The notes beneath the pieces are model-generated. The model worked only from the letters and a program-made list of their open reading frames with translations. It did no database searches and was not told the origin of the DNA. 64,000 bases of DNA, taken from positions 8,557 through 72,556 of the IMG/VR virus record IMGVR_UViG_3300042852_000025. One strand, 5' to 3'. Numbering within the stretch: the stretch's first letter is position 1; every line of letters starts with the position of its first letter. Source of the DNA: a virus. Taxonomy: Duplodnaviria > Caudoviricetes. This document shows, in pieces, positions 1-8,194 of the stretch. Made by a program: the position numbers and the translations under genes.

Positions 1-39
1 ACGGACTGACTGGCAACACAACAATTAGGAGCCAAGCGA

Positions 40-657
40 ATGGCTTTAAATGCGGGATCAGGATTTAGCAAGCTGGCGGAAATGGACTCTCAGATACAGG
101 CGGTGCTAGCTGCCTACGTTGAAGAACCTACCCCCAAACACCAGCCCTTCGTCTCAAAGAAAAAAGAAGCTCGACGCCTGCGTGAGGCCAAGGATCGAGA
201 GCTAGCTGCGCTCCGGGACGCCCCCTTAGAAGAGTTAATTTTTTCCTACACTGCCCCTGATCAGCAGCCCACGCTAGCCGCTAAGCAGCAGGCCGAGCGC
301 GATGAACTTGAGCAGCAGATGCGCTTAGCATTAGGCATCGACAGCATTACTTCCGCTACCGTCACCCCGCCGAAACCTAAAGCGAAAGCCGCTATCAAGC
401 CGCTCGTTGCTAAGCCGAGTGTTCCGGTTACGGTGAAGCCCCGTGTTGAATTTAGTCTGCTCAAACGTAGCATCGAAGTGCTGTTGCGCATCCGCCGGCC
501 GGACGGTCTGGAACTGCCGTTCTTCCACGTAGAATCCCACGGTAGCCAGTTAGAAGCCGAACTGGCAGCGGGCCGCAAGGCGTGTGGCTACGGCTTCACG
601 GTGCTCTCCACGATCCAGATCAGCATCAAAGAAGAACTCTGCGAACACCACGCTTAG
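40..657 (+). CDS. hypothetical protein
   Basis: 205-aa ORF with AGGAG SD upstream, followed by a terminator; no recognised motif. Confidence 0.7.
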   Translation: MALNAGSGFSKLAEMDSQIQAVLAAYVEEPTPKHQPFVSKKKEARRLREAKDRELAALRDAPLEELIFSYTAPDQQPTLAAKQQAERDELEQQMRLALGIDSITSATVTPPKPKAKAAIKPLVAKPSVPVTVKPRVEFSLLKRSIEVLLRIRRPDGLELPFFHVESHGSQLEAELAAGRKACGYGFTVLSTIQISIKEELCEHHA

Positions 658-673
658 TAATCAAATCCTGCAC

Positions 674-704
674 CGGGCTGCCGTTTCGGCAGCCCGTTTT
701 ATTT
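674..704 (+). terminator. intrinsic terminator
   Basis: CGGGCTGCCG-TTT-CGGCAGCCCG 10-bp stem followed by TTTTATTT. Confidence 0.85.
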
Positions 705-723
705 CAGTAGTAAGGAATCGGTC

Positions 724-1092
724 ATGTCTAAAATTGCAGAGTTCCGCGCTGCGGAGATAGAGCTGGGCAAACAACTGGCGGCTTTTGAAGCACTGAGAAA
801 CGACGCCGCGCTAAAGCGTGAGTTAGAGTTTGAAGGCGCCCTTAACCGCCTGCTGGAAGACTACGGGGTTAGCCGGGAAACCTTAGTAAGTCTCTTAGGC
901 TTAGCCCCTCGGCAAGAAGACAGTAAGGCTACCAGCGGCAAACGTAAGGTGATCAAGCGCGAGCCGGCCAAGACGTTCCTTAACCCGCACACCGGGGAGC
1001 GCCTGACGGTCAAACGCCTAAGCCATGGCACGTACAAAGAGTGGGTAGAAAAGTACGGTGAAGTCATCGTGCAAACCTGGCTACAAGACTAA
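724..1092 (+). CDS. mvaT: MvaT/MvaU (H-NS-like) family protein, divergent
   Basis: MSKIAEFRAAE..L..LRND..LKRELEFE oligomerisation domain; NPHTGE...H..KEW..KYG...V..W C-terminal domain. Confidence 0.9.
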   Translation: MSKIAEFRAAEIELGKQLAAFEALRNDAALKRELEFEGALNRLLEDYGVSRETLVSLLGLAPRQEDSKATSGKRKVIKREPAKTFLNPHTGERLTVKRLSHGTYKEWVEKYGEVIVQTWLQD

Positions 1093-1122
1093 TCAAATCT
1101 GTGTCTAACTAAGGAAGTAAAG

Positions 1123-1503
1123 ATGTTTAAAATTGCTCAGTTTGTTGCGGCCGAAATGGCGCTGGCTAAACAAGTTACCGCTCTGGAAGAACTCAAGAAC
1201 GACCCCGAGTTGAAGCGCGAGTTAGAGTTCTCCAATGACCTGGACCAACTGCTGGCCAAGTACACGTTCACCCGGCCGAAGCTGTACAGTTTCCTGAGCG
1301 CCCAGCAGGCGGCGGTCAAGGCTGCGGATAAGAAGGCTGGCGGCGGGAAAAAGGCCCAGTCACAGACCGCGAAAATGAAACTCTGGACCAACCCGCACAC
1401 CGGCGCCACCGTCGAGTCAGCGCGTCGTGACCACGCCACCCTGCTGGAGTGGACCAAGCAGTACGGACTGGAAGCCGTCCTGAGCTGGGCGCAGCCGATC
1501 TAA
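1123..1503 (+). CDS. mvaT: MvaT/MvaU family protein, second divergent copy
   Basis: LEELKNDPELKRELEF N-domain; NPHTG...H.TL.EW..QYG.EAV.SW C-domain. Confidence 0.9.
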   Translation: MFKIAQFVAAEMALAKQVTALEELKNDPELKRELEFSNDLDQLLAKYTFTRPKLYSFLSAQQAAVKAADKKAGGGKKAQSQTAKMKLWTNPHTGATVESARRDHATLLEWTKQYGLEAVLSWAQPI

Positions 1504-1935
1504 ATGAAGACGCAGGATATGCCTTGCCCGCATTACATCCTCGACGGCCACACCCCGGTGCCCACGTATGAGCTGATGGTGTGGGCGAACTGGTACCAGA
1601 CCGCCGAACGCCACGTCGGCAACACCCGGATTGGGCGTATCCGCATCAGCACGGTGTTTCTCAGCATTGACCATGGCTTTGACAGCAACCAACCGCCGGT
1701 GCTGTTCGAAACCATGGTGTTTGGTGGTGGTGTGCTGAACGAAGCGATGCTGCGCTACTGCACCTGGGAAGAGGCCGAGGCCGGGCACAAGGACATGGTC
1801 GAGTGTGTACAGGCCATGGTCGACCGCCTGCAACGCTACGATGCGCTGCGGATGCACGACCCTTACCTGCGCTTCCCTAAACCCAAGCGAGCACCGTTCT
1901 GGCGCCCGAACCCGCTGTTACGAGGGACGTACTAA
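1504..1935 (+). CDS. conserved phage hypothetical protein
   Basis: ISTVFLSIDH...PVLFETMVFGG...RY.TWEEAEAGH motif common in phage accessory proteins. Confidence 0.75.
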   Translation: MKTQDMPCPHYILDGHTPVPTYELMVWANWYQTAERHVGNTRIGRIRISTVFLSIDHGFDSNQPPVLFETMVFGGGVLNEAMLRYCTWEEAEAGHKDMVECVQAMVDRLQRYDALRMHDPYLRFPKPKRAPFWRPNPLLRGTY

Positions 1936-2165
1936 TGGAAATGGATAACTACCTGGCCATCTGGACGGTGTACGACAACCCCAAGGACTTCCCGGGGTTG
2001 TTTGTGGCACGCAAAAGTGAGGCCCGCAAAGGTTTGGTGCTGCACACGCACGAAGTGCTGACCGCTACGACGCTGGAAGAACTGCGCGAGCTGATCCCCA
2101 CCGGGCTGTTTTGCGCGCCTCGCGACCCATCCGATGAACCGCAGATCGTGGAGTGCTGGTTTTGA
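1935..2165 (+). CDS. hypothetical protein
   Basis: coupled TAATG start; [15 protein letters not shown]...DEPQIVECW motif. Confidence 0.7.
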   Translation: MEMDNYLAIWTVYDNPKDFPGLFVARKSEARKGLVLHTHEVLTATTLEELRELIPTGLFCAPRDPSDEPQIVECWF

Positions 2166-2596
2166 ACGACATCGAGGACCTGCTAACCCGTGCCCGCGCC
2201 GCGTTGCAGACGCCAGAACCGGAGTCACAAACCCCCTTCCGGGTCCTGCCCAAAGAGGTGCCGGTGCCGATCCCGCGCAGCAACTACGGCGGCGGAAACT
2301 CCCGTGAAGCGGACAAGTTCGTGGTGCGCATGCCGGACGACATGCGCGAGCGCATGGCGCGCTTCGCCCGCCTGCATTTCCGCAGCATGAACTCGGAATG
2401 TCTGGTGGCGATGGAGTGGTGGATGGACCGGCAGGCGCTGATGTGGACGATGTTGCAGGCCATAGAGCGCGAGCTGACCCTGCAGGAAAGCATCAGCAGC
2501 AACGCCATCGGGGAGACGCTGGACCTCTTGGCCCAACGCCACCCCAACGCGAAGGAAGCGATCAAGCAGCTGCGGGCGCAGCTCCCCGCTGGCTAG
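2162..2596 (+). CDS. amrZ: Arc-family ribbon-helix-helix regulator, AmrZ/AlgZ-like
   Basis: [33 protein letters not shown] matches AmrZ SRTADKFVVRLPEGMR..IA..AR.HHRSMNSE; TTG start overlapping upstream stop, GGAG SD. Confidence 0.8.
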   Translation: MNDIEDLLTRARAALQTPEPESQTPFRVLPKEVPVPIPRSNYGGGNSREADKFVVRMPDDMRERMARFARLHFRSMNSECLVAMEWWMDRQALMWTMLQAIERELTLQESISSNAIGETLDLLAQRHPNAKEAIKQLRAQLPAG

Positions 2597-2799
2597 TCGA
2601 CGGCGGCGCTGCGTTCCGCCACCTGCGTGCGCAGCGCGTCGGCCTGGTGGTCATTGAGGAAGCCGTGAAACAGCAGGAACTGGATACAGGTCTGCGCCCG
2701 GCCAGTGTTCGAATTACTCTCCCACGCGCCATTGGTGGCGTGCGCTTCTGGCCACGGCTTGACCTTCTTCGCTTGGACAGGGATAGGGGGGTTGCTCAC
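2593..2799 (-). CDS. small hypothetical protein (68 aa)
   Basis: GGAG SD then GTG at 2799; C-terminal [20 protein letters not shown] resembles the 61-64 kb paralog family. Confidence 0.5.
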   Translation of the reverse strand: MSNPPIPVQAKKVKPWPEAHATNGAWESNSNTGRAQTCIQFLLFHGFLNDHQADALRTQVAERSAAVD

Positions 2800-2937
2800 G
2801 GCGTTCTCCAGGCCCGCAACGGGCTCAGCTGAAAAGAGGGAAGGGCACAAGCCCCCCCTAAGTGTGGCAGGGAATCCAGAATCCCAAACCTCTGAACTAC
2901 GCTCAGGTGATCTAAGACGCCCGAGAAGAGGTGCCCG

Positions 2938-3201
2938 ATGCACATACAAGAACTGCGTGCGCTGCTGGAAAAAGGCGTGACCCGCATAATCTTTCTGAAA
3001 GCCGACAACAGCGAGCGCACCCTGCTCGCGACCCTTCACCCCTCCCGCATGCCACCCCCGCCACCGGTTGAAGCCGGCGCGAAACCGGGGCGTCCGATGC
3101 CCGCCGGCAACCTGCTGGTATGGGACACCGAAGCCCAGGCCCTGCGCAGCTTTTGCGTCGACCGCTTGCTGGAGGTGCCGGTACTCATTGAGGAACTTTG
3201 A
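2938..3201 (+). CDS. stand-alone WYL-like (Sm/SH3 beta-barrel, WYL_2-type) protein
   Basis: F.KAD.SERT..ATL...VWDTE....RSF..DRL pattern; GAGG SD. Confidence 0.7.
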   Translation: MHIQELRALLEKGVTRIIFLKADNSERTLLATLHPSRMPPPPPVEAGAKPGRPMPAGNLLVWDTEAQALRSFCVDRLLEVPVLIEEL

Positions 3202-3202
3202 C

Positions 3203-3946
3203 ATGAACGCAATGGAGATCCGCGAGCAGGAACGCCGGCTCGCGGCGCTGACCTTTGACCAGTCGCCGTGCCGGGCCTTCCGGCTCTACCCGGATGACGG
3301 CGACGAGGACGAGTGGATCGACATCAAACCCGGCAAGGATGGGGAAGCCTTCCTGACCTACTGGATGCTCAACGAAGCCCGTCGCCGCTTGCGACTGGTG
3401 GGCCTGTCCGAAGTGGAGCCGGGCGTGTGGACCTTGGCGTTGCATTTCAATGGCGATCGCTGGGCGTCTTACACCCTGCGCGCCGTGGCCTGCAGCAGTT
3501 GGTCGGGTGTGCTGTTCCCGCTGGCGGATATGGTGAAGAATCTGCCGGAGGGGGTGGTGCTGGACCCCGAAGAACTCGACTTCGCCCTGGAGCTGGAGAC
3601 CGATCTGATCGGCCTCGCCCTGCCCGGGGCGAGCTGGACGGTGCTGTGGTTCCTCGCCAGCGAGTACAACGAATACGAAGTGGAACGGCTGGCCAAGAAG
3701 CTGGAGGACCCGTTTCAACGGACGGCCTACCTGCAGGAACGGAGCCCGTTGACCGGACTGCCCCGGCCGGCCCTGACCTTGGAACACCCCAACGCGGTCC
3801 CGCTGGAACCCATTCAGTTCCTGCCGCCGCAACTCGGAATCACGGTCGACCCCGACCAAGCCACCAGCAAGCGCCTGTTCAAAGAACACTGGATCTTGCG
3901 ACTGTTGAACCCACCTGAAAAGGATCACTGCCATGATGCCAAGTAA
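3203..3946 (+). CDS. hypothetical protein
   Basis: ATG 3203 with GAGG SD; typical codon usage. Confidence 0.7.
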   Translation: MNAMEIREQERRLAALTFDQSPCRAFRLYPDDGDEDEWIDIKPGKDGEAFLTYWMLNEARRRLRLVGLSEVEPGVWTLALHFNGDRWASYTLRAVACSSWSGVLFPLADMVKNLPEGVVLDPEELDFALELETDLIGLALPGASWTVLWFLASEYNEYEVERLAKKLEDPFQRTAYLQERSPLTGLPRPALTLEHPNAVPLEPIQFLPPQLGITVDPDQATSKRLFKEHWILRLLNPPEKDHCHDAK

Positions 3947-4385
3947 CGTTCTAAGCCTCGCGGACTTCCGCACCAGACGCGGTTTGCCCGAGGTGTTCCA
4001 GGACACCCGCACGCCGCTGGAACGGGTCGTCGCCCGCTACCGCAAGTTTGACCTGTGCCGTGACAGCCCGGTCCAACCGCTCGCCGCGTTGCGGGTCCTA
4101 GCGGATCGCTGCGCCAAGGCGATCGTCCAGTGGGCCGAACAGGAAGGGCGCCCAGTCGCCGACGCCGCACGCTTCCAGTTCTTCGCCATCGGCGCACAAG
4201 GGGATGAAGTGTTGCAGGTCCGAGTCAGCCGGCTCGGACCTGCAAAAGGACCGTGGCAGGCACTGGAATTTAGAATGGACTGCGACACCCTGCGCGTGGT
4301 GCCGACTGCGTATGCACAGGATGGGGCCGAAGTGTTCAAACCCTTGCTCACGCTGCCGATGTCCGGGTTTTACCGGCTACGCTGA
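3933..4385 (+). CDS. hypothetical protein
   Basis: 150-aa ORF, AAGGA SD, overlaps upstream gene. Confidence 0.65.
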   Translation: MMPSNVLSLADFRTRRGLPEVFQDTRTPLERVVARYRKFDLCRDSPVQPLAALRVLADRCAKAIVQWAEQEGRPVADAARFQFFAIGAQGDEVLQVRVSRLGPAKGPWQALEFRMDCDTLRVVPTAYAQDGAEVFKPLLTLPMSGFYRLR

Positions 4386-4433
4386 AGGTATGCGGCGGAG
4401 GATCACCGTCGCGCATACCAACAGGAAGCCACG

Positions 4434-4958
4434 ATGACCAGAAAGCGCACGCCGTTAAGCGAGTGGTCGAAAGACAACACTCAATTCAAGATCATCAAGA
4501 ACGGGACGCTGGCCTATGAGGCCGTGACCAGCACGAGCCGGGTCCGCGGTTCGTTGGGCCAGCCGTCCACCGTCCTCTACGATTCGATCGCGTTGCGGTA
4601 CAACCAGTGCGAACCGGGCGACCTGTTCCTGATGAGCCTGCCGAACAACCCGGCGCTGTACAACATGCGCAAACATTTCAAGGCTCGCGGGCTGGCGGAA
4701 ACGGACTATCGCGTGTTCCGTCCGTTGTGTGATGAGACGGGCGCACACTTCAAACCCAGCAAGCGCCCGGTCGCGGTTCAACGCCTGACGGCCGCCCGCA
4801 TGAACCCCCTGCAACCCTTCCCGCGAGAAGCCGCGGCGCTGGCAAAAGCCGCCGAGGAACGGGGCGTCGATGCGTTCCTTGTGCAAGATGAAAACCCAGT
4901 AAAACCGGGGCCTGCAGACGAGTTTTCGGCAGGAAATGGGAACGTGGTTAATACTTAA
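4434..4958 (+). CDS. hypothetical protein
   Basis: 174-aa ORF with AGGA SD, followed by a terminator. Confidence 0.7.
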   Translation: MTRKRTPLSEWSKDNTQFKIIKNGTLAYEAVTSTSRVRGSLGQPSTVLYDSIALRYNQCEPGDLFLMSLPNNPALYNMRKHFKARGLAETDYRVFRPLCDETGAHFKPSKRPVAVQRLTAARMNPLQPFPREAAALAKAAEERGVDAFLVQDENPVKPGPADEFSAGNGNVVNT

Positions 4959-5018
4959 GTCTTGAGGGTTAGCGTGCGAGTGACCGGCCCAAGCGAAAGG
5001 CCGGCGCTCGAATTTTAT

Positions 5019-5043
5019 CGCCCGGGAAACCGGGCGTTTTTTT
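5019..5043 (+). terminator. intrinsic terminator
   Basis: CGCCCGG-GAAA-CCGGGCG followed by T7. Confidence 0.85.
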
Positions 5044-5105
5044 CCCTCGACCTTCTGTGCTGGGCACATTGTCCTCCCGTTTTGGGGGGTTGACCGGGGC
5101 GCTTA

Positions 5106-5357
5106 ATGAATCCGCATTTCCTTCCTACGACCGGCGAAAAATTGACTGACGCACAGCGGTTGGACTTCCTCCGTCAAGTCGTCGAAGCACACAATCTCTC
5201 CCACAACGACCTGGCTCGCTTCACCGGTTATGCCCGTGACAGCGTGTCCGGTTGGTTCACGGAAAAAACCTCGCCGCGCCACCGTGCTGTGCCCGTTCGG
5301 GCGTTTGACCGCCTGCTCAACGAACTGCGTTTGGGTACCGTCAAGGGCAGCAAGTAA
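5106..5357 (+). CDS. HTH transcriptional regulator
   Basis: LSHNDLARFTGYARDSVSGW helix-turn-helix; heads the replication operon. Confidence 0.7.
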   Translation: MNPHFLPTTGEKLTDAQRLDFLRQVVEAHNLSHNDLARFTGYARDSVSGWFTEKTSPRHRAVPVRAFDRLLNELRLGTVKGSK

Positions 5358-5371
5358 GCGGGGGCGGGGCC

Positions 5372-8194
5372 ATGTATCACTACTATCAGCGTTCGGAACA
5401 TGACGCCTGGTTTCTGCTCTCCAGTCAGGGTGAAGAGAACCCGGTGGAGCTGGCCAAGGCGCAGGGCGCGAAGAAACTGACCATCCTCGCCCTGAACCAG
5501 ATGGTCAACGACGGTACCGAGGCCGAGCTGCCGCGCAACCGCGACAAGATCGGCTACCGTGGCCCGCTGTATTTCGACATCGACTGCAAGAATGATTTGG
5601 CTCAGGCCATCACCAGCGGCCAGGAACTGGTCGGCAAACTGACCCGCATGGGCGTGCCGAAAGGCTGCCTCGAAATCTTTCTCTCGGGCAGCAAGGGCCT
5701 GCACGTCCTGGTCAACGAAAGCCTGTTTGGTGCCCGCCGTTTCACCCTGCGCCTGCCGGAAATCTACAAGGAAATGGCCCGCGACCTGTTCGTGATCGGC
5801 CTCGACTATTCCGTGTACAGCAGCGGCCGGGGCAACAGTTTCCGCATCGTCAATCTGCAACGCCATGACGGCAAGTACCGGGTGCCGGTGAGCCCCGAGG
5901 AACTGGCCGAGCTGACGGTCGATCGCTACCACGAACTGGTGAAGGCGCCCCGGGTGGTGGAAGTCGACGACCCGCAGGGGCTGGTGGTGCATGAACTCAA
6001 GGCCATGTTTGAAGAGGCCAAGAAGCGCGTCAACGCCAAGCCGAAGTTGGTGATCATTGCGTCATCAGCCGACATGGAAGCGATCCGTGAGCCGGTCCCG
6101 ACCTGCATCCAGATGCTGTGCGACAGCGACTCGCTGAAAGCCGATGCGTCCTACAACCAGGCCGCCACCCAGTTGGCCGCGTACATCGTGCGTGCCGGGG
6201 TGTCGCAGACGGTGAGCGAAAGCCTGGCGGCGCGGCTGGCCAGCAGCGCCAAGTCGAGCAAGTACAACACCGCCAAGTTGCGCCGCGATCACATCGAAGC
6301 GCAGATCCGCTACGTCGAACACACCCCGACGTTCAGCTTTGGCTGCAACGCGATCCGCGCCCTGCTCAGCAAGCGCCCGTGTGAAGGCTGCGCGATCGAG
6401 GCCGGGGCGAACAAGGGTGGCGACCAGGACGCCGGCCTGTGTGCCTTGGTTGAACCGGACGGCTATTACATCCGCCTGGGGGACGGCAAGCGGCGCATCA
6501 GCAACTTCACCCTGTCGCCGATCGACGTGTTCATTGACGTACCGCAGGACGGTACCGCCCCGCGCCGGGTCGGCACCCGGATGGCGGTGATGAAGGACGG
6601 CAACGAGCTGTCCAAGATCATTTTCAAAGAAGCGGCCTTCGCCAGCCGCTCAGCGTTTCTGAAAGAACTGGAAGGCCTCACTGACCTGACGTTTCAGGGG
6701 TCCGACTTGGAGATTCAGAAAATCAAACTCGCAATTTTCCGGGAGGCTCAGGACGTGGGAGAAATTTTCCAGGTCTACACCGCCGGGGTTCACATGGACT
6801 TCGTCGAAGACATCCCGCTGTTCACCTATGTCGAACCTGATATGTCGGTGAACACGGTCAAGGTGCGCGGCACCCACCAGTTCCTCGGCAACCTGGTCGC
6901 CCGTCCTTACTTTGCGCACACCACCATGCCCGAGAGCGGTGATCAGACCGTGGACAATGTGTTGGACAACCTGCTCAGGATCAACCAGAAACACGAAGTG
7001 GGCATGCTGATTGGCTGGTGCATCGCGGCGCATTTTAAGACGCACCTGATGTACCTCTACAGCCAGTTTCCTGTGCTCGCCCTGTGGGGCAGCGCCGGCT
7101 CCGGCAAGTCGAAGACCGCCGGCCTGGTCACCTGGCTCAACGGCACCGACTACATGCTCAAGGACTCCGGGGTTAGCGCCCCGTCGACCTCGCCCTACGG
7201 CATGCTGGATTACCTGTCGAGCACCACCACGGTTCCCCGGATCATTGAAGAATTCAACAAGTCCAAGATGACCAGCCATGCCTACAAGGACGTGGGCGAG
7301 CGGATCAAGCAGGCCTGGAACGCCGAGTCGACCTTGAAAGGCAAGCTCGGCCGGGGCATGGGTCGCACCGGCGCCGAAGCGGTGGCCATCCCCCTGTCCT
7401 CGCCGCTGTTGGTGATTTCCGAGCAAGAGATTGAAATCCCGGCGATCCAGGAACGCAGCATTCGCGTACACCTGACCAAACAGAAGCGCGGCAAATGCCG
7501 CGAGCCGTTCTTTCTGGCCAGCGAAGGGCGCCAGCACCTGCGCCGGCTCGGCAAGGCCATGATGGCCAAGGCGCTGACCACCACGCCCGAGGAAATCGAA
7601 GTGCTGATGCGCAAGGCGTCGGACCTGCTGCCCAAGGACATGGACGATCGCCCCCGCTACTCGCAGCAGGTGGTGTTGGTCGGGCTGTGGCAGTTGCAGG
7701 CGGTGTGTGAAGAACTGCACCTGTTCCAGGCGCTGAAAACGTTGGCGCCAATCATCGACGTGGTGATCGGCCGTTTCGATGCCCCGGACCAAGGTTATGT
7801 GCAGAGCGAAATCGACCTGGTGCTGCAAAAGCTCGCGATCATCGTGGCCATTTCGCGCAGCATGCAGGAAGCGGGGCAGGGCTACGTGCATCTGGTCGAA
7901 GGCCTACACTACGCAGTGACGCCGGAATACCTGATCCTCGACCCGGTGCTAGGTCATGCCGCCTACACCCGCTTCTGCACCGTCGAGGAACGCACCGCGC
8001 CAGTGATCAGCAGCGGGGCGCAGTTCACCAAGTTGATCAACGAAGAACCCTATTTCATCAAGTACGCGCCATTCGCCGGGTTGGGTGGTGGCCGTCCGAT
8101 GCTCTACCTGTCGCTCAAAGAAATGCAGGGTAAGAACATCGACACCAGCCTGCTCGGCTGGGAGGGTGGTTATGACCGCTCCTACACTAGCTGA
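5372..8194 (+). CDS. primase-helicase (AEP primase fused to a P-loop ATPase)
   Basis: AEP motifs LYFDID and SGSKGLH; Cys cluster (C..C..CEGC); Walker A WGSAGSGKS, Walker B IIEEF. Confidence 0.85.
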   Translation: MYHYYQRSEHDAWFLLSSQGEENPVELAKAQGAKKLTILALNQMVNDGTEAELPRNRDKIGYRGPLYFDIDCKNDLAQAITSGQELVGKLTRMGVPKGCLEIFLSGSKGLHVLVNESLFGARRFTLRLPEIYKEMARDLFVIGLDYSVYSSGRGNSFRIVNLQRHDGKYRVPVSPEELAELTVDRYHELVKAPRVVEVDDPQGLVVHELKAMFEEAKKRVNAKPKLVIIASSADMEAIREPVPTCIQMLCDSDSLKADASYNQAATQLAAYIVRAGVSQTVSESLAARLASSAKSSKYNTAKLRRDHIEAQIRYVEHTPTFSFGCNAIRALLSKRPCEGCAIEAGANKGGDQDAGLCALVEPDGYYIRLGDGKRRISNFTLSPIDVFIDVPQDGTAPRRVGTRMAVMKDGNELSKIIFKEAAFASRSAFLKELEGLTDLTFQGSDLEIQKIKLAIFREAQDVGEIFQVYTAGVHMDFVEDIPLFTYVEPDMSVNTVKVRGTHQFLGNLVARPYFAHTTMPESGDQTVDNVLDNLLRINQKHEVGMLIGWCIAAHFKTHLMYLYSQFPVLALWGSAGSGKSKTAGLVTWLNGTDYMLKDSGVSAPSTSPYGMLDYLSSTTTVPRIIEEFNKSKMTSHAYKDVGERIKQAWNAESTLKGKLGRGMGRTGAEAVAIPLSSPLLVISEQEIEIPAIQERSIRVHLTKQKRGKCREPFFLASEGRQHLRRLGKAMMAKALTTTPEEIEVLMRKASDLLPKDMDDRPRYSQQVVLVGLWQLQAVCEELHLFQALKTLAPIIDVVIGRFDAPDQGYVQSEIDLVLQKLAIIVAISRSMQEAGQGYVHLVEGLHYAVTPEYLILDPVLGHAAYTRFCTVEERTAPVISSGAQFTKLINEEPYFIKYAPFAGLGGGRPMLYLSLKEMQGKNIDTSLLGWEGGYDRSYTS

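Noticed and set aside
4377-4383. Additional CTACGCT late-promoter motif
   Set aside because: It lies in a coding end, lacks the TTTA extension and upstream CCCCTA, and could be chance
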